DNA of 20,709 nt, taken from the NCBI GenBank assembly GCA_046582655.1, contig JAYGDX010000316.1, positions 1-20,709 of the forward strand. The letters are read 5' to 3'. Under the pieces are notes generated by a model that was given only the letters and a program-made list of their open reading frames with translations, was not told the DNA's origin and searched no databases. Each line of letters begins with the position of its first letter. Position 1 is the stretch's first letter. Source of the DNA: Candidatus Poribacteria bacterium (GTDB lineage Bacteria > Poribacteria > WGA-4E > UBA9662). The translations under genes and the position numbers were made by a program. This document shows positions 1-7,804 of the stretch, one piece after another.

Positions 1-104
1 ATGGTAGCGATCAGTTTTTCAGACAAGTACAGTCCATAATTTATTTCATATTGGCATTTACAACCCAATTAAATATCTAATAACTGTTATAAGGTAGATT
101 AATT

Positions 105-1160
105 ATGAACCAAACAGGAAGAGCTGTTATAGCAAGTGGACAGGGTTTTGAGATTCGCGAATATCCCATTCCGGACCCAGACCCCGACACAATTCTACTT
201 CGCCAGGAACTAGCGGGCATATGTGGAACGGATCTGCATAATTGGCAAAAGGGCATTGAAGACGAGATGCTTCTTGGACATGAGAATGTTGGTATCATCG
301 ATGCTATTGGTAAAAACGTGGAAACCGATTATATCGGCAACCCCGTCCAAGAAGGGGATCGAGTCATCCTTGCCCCAAGGGCAGACGAACGTGTTTATGG
401 GTTTCAGACTGACCCTGACGAAGCCCCACATTTTGGAGGAGGGTTTGCTGATTACATATACCTCACCTATTCTGGCACATGTTTTATTAAAACATGTGCG
501 CCTATCAACGTTGCTGTTCTGACAGAGCCTTTTGCTATTGCTGTACACGCTACTATGAGGGCCAAGGTAAAGATCGGTGACACAGTTGTAGTCCAAGGAT
601 CAGGCGCAATCGGATTATTGACGCTGGTTTGCGCTAAAATTAGTGGTGCTGCAAAACTGATTATAGTTGGCGGTCCCAGCGGCAGATTGGCGCTGGCGAA
701 ACGGTTGGGAGCGGATGTAACCATCAACATTGAGGAAATTACGTCTGTTGAGGAAAGAACACAACTAGTTAAAGATCAAACGCCACGAAATGAAGGTGCT
801 GACGTTGTATTCGAGTGTGCTGGATTCCTGCCGGCTATTGCTGAAGGGCTCGGTTATGTTAAGTACAGCGGAACTTTCTGTGAGGTTGGGCATTTTGTTG
901 ACGTCGGTTCATTTGAGCTCAATCCGAATCAAATGTTGATGCGGAAAAATCTGCGGTTAGAAGCAGTATGGAGTAGTCGTCATGAACATTTTGTCCGTGG
1001 GTTACCAATCTTGGAAAGGAATGAATTCCCGTTTGCTGACATGGTGAGTCACGTGTTACCACTATCGCGTATTCAGGAAGGGTTTGAGGCACTTGATGGT
1101 GGCTACCGTTTGGGTGATGAGACGGCAATTAAAATTGCCATTAATGCACAGGCAGAGTAG
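105..1160 (+). CDS. Zinc-binding alcohol dehydrogenase (MDR superfamily)
   Basis: 351 aa. GICGTDLH, LLGHENVG (GHE motif), GDRV, GGFADY, LTEP, Rossmann GSGAIG, GADVVFECAG. Confidence 0.92.
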   Translation: MNQTGRAVIASGQGFEIREYPIPDPDPDTILLRQELAGICGTDLHNWQKGIEDEMLLGHENVGIIDAIGKNVETDYIGNPVQEGDRVILAPRADERVYGFQTDPDEAPHFGGGFADYIYLTYSGTCFIKTCAPINVAVLTEPFAIAVHATMRAKVKIGDTVVVQGSGAIGLLTLVCAKISGAAKLIIVGGPSGRLALAKRLGADVTINIEEITSVEERTQLVKDQTPRNEGADVVFECAGFLPAIAEGLGYVKYSGTFCEVGHFVDVGSFELNPNQMLMRKNLRLEAVWSSRHEHFVRGLPILERNEFPFADMVSHVLPLSRIQEGFEALDGGYRLGDETAIKIAINAQAE

Positions 1161-1203
1161 AACCAAACTAATACGAAAACACGACTATTTTTAGGATACT
1201 GTA

Positions 1204-2826
1204 ATGAACCTACAACCCATTAATGGAGAGAATGCTATTGCCTGGGGAGCGATAGAGGCTGGAATTAGCGTTGTCACCGGATATCCAGGATCCCCAGGAA
1301 CCGGAACTTTTAATGCCTTAGCAGAAACTGCTGAGGTATATGGTCATCAGGCTGAATGGTGTATCAATGAACGCATTGCCCTCGATATAGCAGCAGGTGT
1401 GTCCCAGGGGGGGAAACGCGCGTTTGTGTGCTTAAAAAGTGTTGGTATGAATGTCGCTTTAGACACACTAATGGTGTTGAATATGACAGGTGTGCACGCT
1501 GGACTTGTTATTCTTTTGGGAGATGATCCGGGTGCTTGGGGATCCCAAAACGAACAGGACACACGTTTTATCGCCCCCATGGCTGAGGTACCAATGCTTG
1601 AACCCTCCACGTCTGAAGAAGGACGTGGGATGATTAAGTGGGCCTTCGAATTCTCAGAACTCCTCTGTACAGTTGTCATCATTCGGATTACGCGAAGTTT
1701 CAGCTTGTCGGAAAGCCTCCTACCTCCAATTTCTGTACCAGAGGCGAAACCTTCTTTGCCTCCGGACAGAGGACCAATGCGATGGATTTCTGGTCCCAGT
1801 AATACTGTGGTGAATCACCGTCAAGTCCATCAGAAAATACAGCAAGCAACCGAACAATTCAGTCATCTGCCTTTCAACAAAATCGAAGGTTCAGGTCCTA
1901 AAGGAATTCTTGCTAGCGGGTTTGCTTACAGCAAGTTAACAGAGGCACTCACTGGTACTGACACCTCAGATCTCTCAATTCTCAAGTTGAATGCTCTCTA
2001 TCCACTTCCTAAAGGTTTACTAACTCAGTTTTTAGATCAATGCCAGGAGATTCTGGTTCTGGAAGAGGTAGATCCCTACTTGGAAGATGCGATTAAAGCT
2101 GTGGGTTATGATACCGGTCACACACCTGAAATATTGGGGAAACGAACTGCAGATGTTAACTGGGAAGGAGAACTTTTTCGATGGCATATACAACAGGCAC
2201 TGGATGCTTACCTGCCTGATTTTTCACCAAGTAAACGCTATACCGAAGATGAATGGGAAAAGGAAAAACCTGCTCGGAAACCGTATTGCGCTGGATGTCC
2301 TTACATTGAAATTCTGACCATTCTTCGTCAAGTAGCTGAAGATCTGGGACAAAATCCATTTCTGTCTGCTGATCCCGGCTGTGCGATTACAGCGGCACAT
2401 TTGCTGGATACAAAGCTTTGCATGGGATCCGCAATCGGTACGGCTGCAGGGCTGCAAAAAGCTGAGATCGAAGAACCTGCTATTGCCATTTTCGGTGATT
2501 CCGCCTTCTATCACAGTGGTCTTAATGCACTAATACATGCACGAGCAACGGGATTAAATCTGCTAATGATCGTGCTGGACAACGGGGGTGCTGTCACCAC
2601 AGGCAGCCAAAGCACACCTAACAATGCATTATCATCTTCTGACAATGTTGGGGCAACTGTCAGTATTATTGACCTTGCTTCCACTTGTGGCGTAGAATTT
2701 ATCTGGATTATCGAAGAAAACGATGACGACGAAAAAATGGGTGGCGTCTTTCGCCAAGCCTTAACAGCCGATGCCGGACTCAACATGATTGTCGTGCAAA
2801 AATCCTGCAAACCTATTGACGAATAG
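1204..2826 (+). CDS. iorA: IorA-like (indolepyruvate ferredoxin oxidoreductase alpha-like) ThDP-dependent enzyme lacking the C-terminal ferredoxin domain
   Basis: 540 aa. GENAIAWGA, GYPGSP, NERIALD, KSVGMNVA, DDPG..SQNEQD, EEVDPYLE, CAGCP, DPGC, MGSAIG, ThDP motif GDSAFYHSG...LDN. The symbol denotes homology only. AGGA RBS upstream. Confidence 0.85.
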   Translation: MNLQPINGENAIAWGAIEAGISVVTGYPGSPGTGTFNALAETAEVYGHQAEWCINERIALDIAAGVSQGGKRAFVCLKSVGMNVALDTLMVLNMTGVHAGLVILLGDDPGAWGSQNEQDTRFIAPMAEVPMLEPSTSEEGRGMIKWAFEFSELLCTVVIIRITRSFSLSESLLPPISVPEAKPSLPPDRGPMRWISGPSNTVVNHRQVHQKIQQATEQFSHLPFNKIEGSGPKGILASGFAYSKLTEALTGTDTSDLSILKLNALYPLPKGLLTQFLDQCQEILVLEEVDPYLEDAIKAVGYDTGHTPEILGKRTADVNWEGELFRWHIQQALDAYLPDFSPSKRYTEDEWEKEKPARKPYCAGCPYIEILTILRQVAEDLGQNPFLSADPGCAITAAHLLDTKLCMGSAIGTAAGLQKAEIEEPAIAIFGDSAFYHSGLNALIHARATGLNLLMIVLDNGGAVTTGSQSTPNNALSSSDNVGATVSIIDLASTCGVEFIWIIEENDDDEKMGGVFRQALTADAGLNMIVVQKSCKPIDE

Positions 2827-2977
2827 ATTCCGTGCATCATAAAGAGCGTCCAATAAATCTTTACAATATCGATATCCTTGGCGCATCTAATTTTCAGGTC
2901 AATATCCTTTCATTTCACTGTTTTCTGAGTCCAATCATCATAGATATCAATAAACCATTTTTGTCCCCCATTCAGAA

Positions 2978-3016
2978 ATAGACAAGCCCTTATATAGACA
3001 AGCCCTTATATAGACA
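2978..3016. repeat. 16-bp tandem repeat (ATAGACAAGCCCTTAT x2 plus partial ATAGACA)
   Basis: Exact copies at 2978-2993 and 2994-3009, partial copy at 3010-3016. Confidence 0.9.
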
Positions 3017-3403
3017 TCTTTATTTCGTTTATCTGTAATTCTCCACCTTATCTAGGGATATACTTGGCGGAATGAAAATAGCATGTATACGGGTAAGTTG
3101 GATGCGATCTTATCTTTCATCCAAAACTAGGGGTACTTCCGACTTTTCAGCAATAGCAAATGGTCAAATGAAGGCTATAAACTCTCTCAATAGTCACACT
3201 AGGATCGATCAGGGTATTAAATTAAGGTTGTGATGATTCGATTTTGTAACGAGATAGAATCCCTACAACACTATCCCGTAGAGTGTCAGGGAGTTCATCC
3301 TTGCATAGAACGAATTGAAGATGGTAGATTAAAGATTATCTCATCTCTTGGTAAAAGCAATGTTAGAATGAAGAGCAAATTTGAAAATGGAGGAGACGCA
3401 ATT

Positions 3404-4525
3404 ATGTCCCATACGCCAACAAAAGTCGGTATCATCGGCTGTGGCAGAATCAGCGAAACCTATGTGCCTAATGCAAAACGGTTTGAAGCATTCGACGTTG
3501 TTGCCATCGCAGACACCCGTGTTGAAGCTGCGCAGGCGCGAGCGAAGGAATACGGTGTTCCAAAGGGCTGTAGCGTCGATGAACTACTTGCCACCCCAGA
3601 AATCGAAATCGTTGTCAATCTAACGCCACATGTCGCACACGGACCAGTCGGTATTTCTGTCCTAGGAGCAGGTAAAAGCGTTTACAACGAAAAGCCACTT
3701 GCGGTCTATCGAGAAGAAGGTCAGCAGATGCTCGATCTCGCCAAAGAGAAGGGATTACACGTCGGTTGTGCACCCGATACGTTCTTTGGAGGAGCATGGC
3801 AAACGGCTCGAAAACTTATCGATGAAGGAGTAATCGGCGAACCCGTTGCAGCGTCTGCTTGTTTAATGGCCTACAACGCACCGCGTCTTCAAACACCGCA
3901 AGCTGGTTCGTCCAACTATGTCAGCTTCTACCAAACTGATTTCTTTACGTTCGGTGTGACATGGAGTTTCGATCGTGGACCTTACTACCTGTATGCTCTG
4001 ATTCACCTGCTTGGTCCTGTGCTACGTGTCACCTGTTCGGCAAAAAACACCTGGGGTAAAAAAAAGGCGTTTAAGGAGATTGTCAAAACACCAACCCATT
4101 TCGCCGGTGTACTGGATTTCCAGAGTGGCGTTGTAGGCACTTTTCTCATGACTTCTGATGTTTATTCGACCGGGTTGCCGCATATTGAAGTATACGGCAC
4201 GGAGGGCTCACTTCGTTGCATTGATCCAAACAATTTCGGAGGCAAACTTTACCTGCGCAAGCCAGATGGCCGTGACCTGATCGAAATCGAATCTCAGTAC
4301 GGCTACAATCAGAATAGCCGTGGCGTTGGCTTGGCGGATATGGCGGTTGGAATTCGGAACGGTCGTCCCTACCGGGCAAGCGGTGAGATGGGCTATCATG
4401 TCATCGACATCGTCCATGCGCTGCATGAAGCTTCGGCTGAGAATCGACACATCGAATTGGTTAGTACCTGCCCTCAACCAGCTCCCTTGCCACTCGGATT
4501 AGAAGACTGGACAATAGACGATTGA
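3404..4525 (+). CDS. Gfo/Idh/MocA family NAD(P)-dependent oxidoreductase
   Basis: KVGIIGCGRIS, VVNLTP..H, GKSVYNEKP, GCAPDTF, DRGPYY, IEVYGTEGSL. Start moved from 3230 to ATG 3404 because a GGAGGAG RBS (3389-3395) and a TGTTAGAAT extended -10-like box (3361-3369) lie upstream of it. Confidence 0.92.
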   Translation: MSHTPTKVGIIGCGRISETYVPNAKRFEAFDVVAIADTRVEAAQARAKEYGVPKGCSVDELLATPEIEIVVNLTPHVAHGPVGISVLGAGKSVYNEKPLAVYREEGQQMLDLAKEKGLHVGCAPDTFFGGAWQTARKLIDEGVIGEPVAASACLMAYNAPRLQTPQAGSSNYVSFYQTDFFTFGVTWSFDRGPYYLYALIHLLGPVLRVTCSAKNTWGKKKAFKEIVKTPTHFAGVLDFQSGVVGTFLMTSDVYSTGLPHIEVYGTEGSLRCIDPNNFGGKLYLRKPDGRDLIEIESQYGYNQNSRGVGLADMAVGIRNGRPYRASGEMGYHVIDIVHALHEASAENRHIELVSTCPQPAPLPLGLEDWTIDD

Positions 4526-4754
4526 GTTCGGCTGTTTATGCGAACATAATGCTGAAAGCGACCAATGCACTGGTACGAGAGAGCATTTACAAAAACCTTT
4601 GAGATTGTAGTTGGTAGGTTCTATATATCTTTGGAAGAGAAGAGTATTAAATACCAGTGTTTCCGATTGAAAATCCCAAAGGGTGGCTTGCTCTCTGAGA
4701 AAGCATCTATTTTGATATAGAAAGTTTTGATATTCTAAATTGGAGGCAACACAT

Positions 4755-5519
4755 ATGTCTTTAACTCTATCACAAGTCGATCAATTTCACCGAGACGGGT
4801 TTCTGGCGGTGGACAATGTATTAACTAAGTTGGAAACAGAAGCCCTTCATCTCCGTTTGCAGGATATTGGCAATCGGATCGTCGATTTTCCGGAGCAATA
4901 CATTCAGGTTGAGCCGCAGGTGGTTGAAGAGAAGGCCACTGCCGATCCAGTTCCATTCAACAATGTCAGGAAAATCTGGAACCTAACTAAGTATGATCAT
5001 CTTTTCCAGACCTACGCTCGCCAACCTAAAATCGTCGAAATGGTTACCCAGTTGATTGGACCAGATCTAAAGATTTTTGTCGACCAGACTCTCTGCAAGC
5101 CACCAAAAGTAGGTTCAGCCAAACCCCCACATCAAGACTCGGCCTACTGGGTCAATATCGATCCACCAAATCTGGTTATTTGCTGGATGGCACTTACCCC
5201 TTCAACTATTGAGAACGGATGCATGCGCTTTATTGCGGGTTCACACAAACAAGGAGTAATCGAACACAAGCATTTAGAAGATTTTCGGGTGGAAGACAAT
5301 CATATTGATTACGACAATGAAGTGGCGGTGCCTTTGACGGCAGGTAGTTGTACCTTACATCATAGTTTGGTCCTTCATCGAACTGAGCCAAATCCAACAA
5401 CTCAACAACGAATTGGCGCTACCATAGCCTATATGAGTGCTCATTCGAAGTTTATAGGGGCCAGCGAGCCACCAACTTACGACTTAGTAGCAGGTAAGTC
5501 GATCAAAGGTTGTGTTTAA
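4755..5519 (+). CDS. Phytanoyl-CoA dioxygenase (PhyH) family Fe(II)/2-oxoglutarate dioxygenase
   Basis: FHRDGFL, KPP...PPHQDSAYW (HxD), WMAL...NGCMRFIAGSH, HHSLVLH (distal His), N...R. GGAGG RBS precedes ATG 4755. Confidence 0.92.
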   Translation: MSLTLSQVDQFHRDGFLAVDNVLTKLETEALHLRLQDIGNRIVDFPEQYIQVEPQVVEEKATADPVPFNNVRKIWNLTKYDHLFQTYARQPKIVEMVTQLIGPDLKIFVDQTLCKPPKVGSAKPPHQDSAYWVNIDPPNLVICWMALTPSTIENGCMRFIAGSHKQGVIEHKHLEDFRVEDNHIDYDNEVAVPLTAGSCTLHHSLVLHRTEPNPTTQQRIGATIAYMSAHSKFIGASEPPTYDLVAGKSIKGCV

Positions 5520-5742
5520 CTGGAGAAATGTTATCAATTATTGCTTAGTCATAAAGAAAAACATTGATGTAGAATCCTAAGAAATGGTGTTGATCACGTG
5601 TCAAATAACAAAAAAACAAGCTCATCATATTCTGATTAATCGTGCTAGAATACCAAAGCTGGTCCAGCGAATTGGGTTTTAGTATATCCATCATATTATT
5701 CAGTAGATGCTTAATTTGAATGGTTAATTCTTATACTTTTTT

Positions 5743-6074
5743 GGCCGTCGATGCTATTTCTTTTCTCGTTGGAGGGATTTAGGATATAATCCCAAAGGTG
5801 AAATGGACGGGGTTTTCAGGGTAGCTCTTCCAAATGGCAAATACAAGGTTACCTGTCATTTCTGCTCTGGCGGTTCTAACCCACAGGAGATAAATATCAT
5901 CGCTAATGGAAAGAAAAAAATAAAAAAGCTGAAGGTTCCAAGAGGAAATAGAATTGTAGATGGGAGCTATACTACCACTGTTACCGATGAATGGCTAACA
6001 CAAGTTATATATGTGGGAAAGGTCAATATAAACGTTGGGGGTGGAGCGGCTTCAGTATCAAACGTATACAATAG
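5743..6074 (+). pseudogene. 3' fragment of a gene ending in a beta-sandwich (carbohydrate-binding/malectin-like) domain, frameshifted near 6013
   Basis: The frame reads AVDAISFSRWRDLGYNPKGEMDGVFRVALPNGKYKVTCHF...WLTQVIY. After a 1-nt shift it ends naturally GKGQYKRWGWSGFSIKRIQ* (TAG 6072-6074). No credible 5' end. Confidence 0.45.
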
Positions 6075-6144
6075 GTGTGGTGGATTTCCATCCTCAATTG
6101 GCTGTAACCTGAACTGTTCTCAGAAAATTGGGTGGAGGTTTAAG

Positions 6145-6423
6145 GTGACATATTCAGTGACCAATCCATATGGAACAATATTGCAGGGTGTGACGAAGAT
6201 AATAATTACAAGGAAAGCTATTGAATGGCGGAAAAACTTATAGAACAAAGAAACCAGCAAATTCTACAATTCGCTCTACGTGAATTCCTAGAATCTGGAG
6301 CAGAAGCAATTGAAAGAACGTTTGAGTGAACTAGGCATCTCCTCAAACATCAGCACACTTGTAGATCTAAATAAACTCAGGGAATTATTGCGTTTAGTCT
6401 CAATATATTTAATGTGGCTGTAG
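6145..6423 (+). pseudogene. Degraded small gene, weakly resembling the C-terminal helical domain of Rpn/YhgA-like (DUF4351-like) proteins
   Basis: GGAGGT RBS before GTG 6145. Pieces MAEKLIEQRNQQILQFALREFLE (from 6225) and LKERLSELGISSNISTLVDLNKLRELLRL lie in different frames. Confidence 0.25.
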
Positions 6424-7629
6424 ATATAAGTTACCATAAACTGTTTCACACTGATCACGCAGTTGTGCGTCGCTGTATACCGACTCAAAGCGATCGGCTG
6501 CAAAAGCTGATAACAGGCCAAAATAATCCTGACCGGAGATGAGATCAGCCACCATCCGCCCAATCGCAGGAGAACTCTGTATCCCCCCAACCTGACAACC
6601 CGCAGCGATAATGAGCCCTTTAATTTCAGTTACTTTAGAGACGAGGTATTTAGCATCCGGCGTTATCGTGGGCAAACCACGACGTTCGTGAACAACAGTG
6701 GCCTGTCGCAGCGCGGGGAAATAGGTGGTCGCTGCATCGTGTAAGCGGCTATAGTAAATTAAATCAGGTTCTAGTGCCGATATTTCAAAACGGTTGGGGA
6801 ATTCGTCCATATCAAAACTAACAGGTCGATAACCATATCCGCCGACCAATAGGCCGCCAGCTTCGGGACGTACATAAATCTGTGGCTCAATGAGGCGCAC
6901 AATTGGCTGTCGAGGTACAACATCTACCAGAGGTGCTGTCACATAGGCTTGATGGCGCACGGGCACAACTTGCATGTCTAATCCAAACCGCTGAGTCAAT
7001 TGCCGAGTCCAGGCACCCGCAGCTACCACAATATGATTTGTTTGGATCTTGCCGCGGTTTGTGTGGACAGCCTTGACCTTCCCCTCTGTGACCTCAATGT
7101 TGGAAACTTTTGTATGTGTCTGAATGGTTACGCCTAAGTCTCGCGCTGCTGAGGCATAACCAATGGCAATTGACTTTGGTTCAACATAACCATCGCGGGC
7201 AATAAAGATAATGCCTTTGGCATCAGGAATATCCAAGGTCGGCACTAATTCTTTGGCCTCTTCTGGTGTAAGGAATTTCAGCTCATGTCCTAGCTGGTCT
7301 GCTGCTACTTGGTGTGCTTCAAGCTCTGGTAGATAGGCTTCAGTCAACGCAATACGCAAGCTTCCATGTTGATTAAAATGAATGGGATATCCTGTCCTGT
7401 CTGCAAAATTTTCCAGAAAGTCCAAGCAATAGGTCGTTAACGGCAACCGATCTGGCGACACTGACAGGTAAGCTGTTTGTCCTGCCGCAAACGGGGTTGT
7501 CCCGCTGGCCAACGGCCCACGATCTAGCAGTACAATGTCTTGATGACCATCCTTAGCTAACTGAAAGGCGGCGCTCGCACCTAGGACGCCGCCGCCAATG
7601 ATGATGATATTCGCTGAGGCAGGAAACAT
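6409..7629 (-). CDS. FAD-dependent oxidoreductase (DAO/sarcosine-dimethylglycine dehydrogenase FAD-domain type)
   Basis: 406 aa. IIIIGGGVLG, SGTTPFAAG, GSLRIA, DGYVEP, VVAAGAW, YVRPEAGGLLVG, TITPD. GAGGA RBS. Confidence 0.9.
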   Translation of the reverse strand: MFPASANIIIIGGGVLGASAAFQLAKDGHQDIVLLDRGPLASGTTPFAAGQTAYLSVSPDRLPLTTYCLDFLENFADRTGYPIHFNQHGSLRIALTEAYLPELEAHQVAADQLGHELKFLTPEEAKELVPTLDIPDAKGIIFIARDGYVEPKSIAIGYASAARDLGVTIQTHTKVSNIEVTEGKVKAVHTNRGKIQTNHIVVAAGAWTRQLTQRFGLDMQVVPVRHQAYVTAPLVDVVPRQPIVRLIEPQIYVRPEAGGLLVGGYGYRPVSFDMDEFPNRFEISALEPDLIYYSRLHDAATTYFPALRQATVVHERRGLPTITPDAKYLVSKVTEIKGLIIAAGCQVGGIQSSPAIGRMVADLISGQDYFGLLSAFAADRFESVYSDAQLRDQCETVYGNLYLQPH

Positions 7630-7804
7630 AAAAATCCTCTTGAAACAAAGATTTTGACCAAATTCTAGGGTCGCGTTAAACTTGATAATGATTAATTGTG
7701 AAAACGGACGAAATCCTAAATTGTCCCAATATGGTTTTCTAAACTATCCAAGCCAACAAATTTGACTGAGCTGGATCTATGCCATACCAAGCAACTTAGC
7801 AACC

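Noticed and set aside
2978..3016. CRISPR or iteron array
   Set aside because: Only 2.4 abutting copies, with no spacers and no cas or rep genes.
2827..3400. Frameshifted ferredoxin domain or iorB remnant after the IorA-like gene
   Set aside because: I saw no CxxCxxC or GVGGQG-like motif on the plus strand.
3230..3403. 58-aa N-terminal extension of the Gfo/Idh/MocA protein
   Set aside because: It contains the RBS and a -10-like box, and the Rossmann fold starts right after ATG 3404.
6010..6270. Minus-strand secreted-protein relic (FFRHSIAFLVIIIFV...)
   Set aside because: Plus-strand frames explain the region better, and the hydrophobic run is expected from the antisense of A-rich codons.
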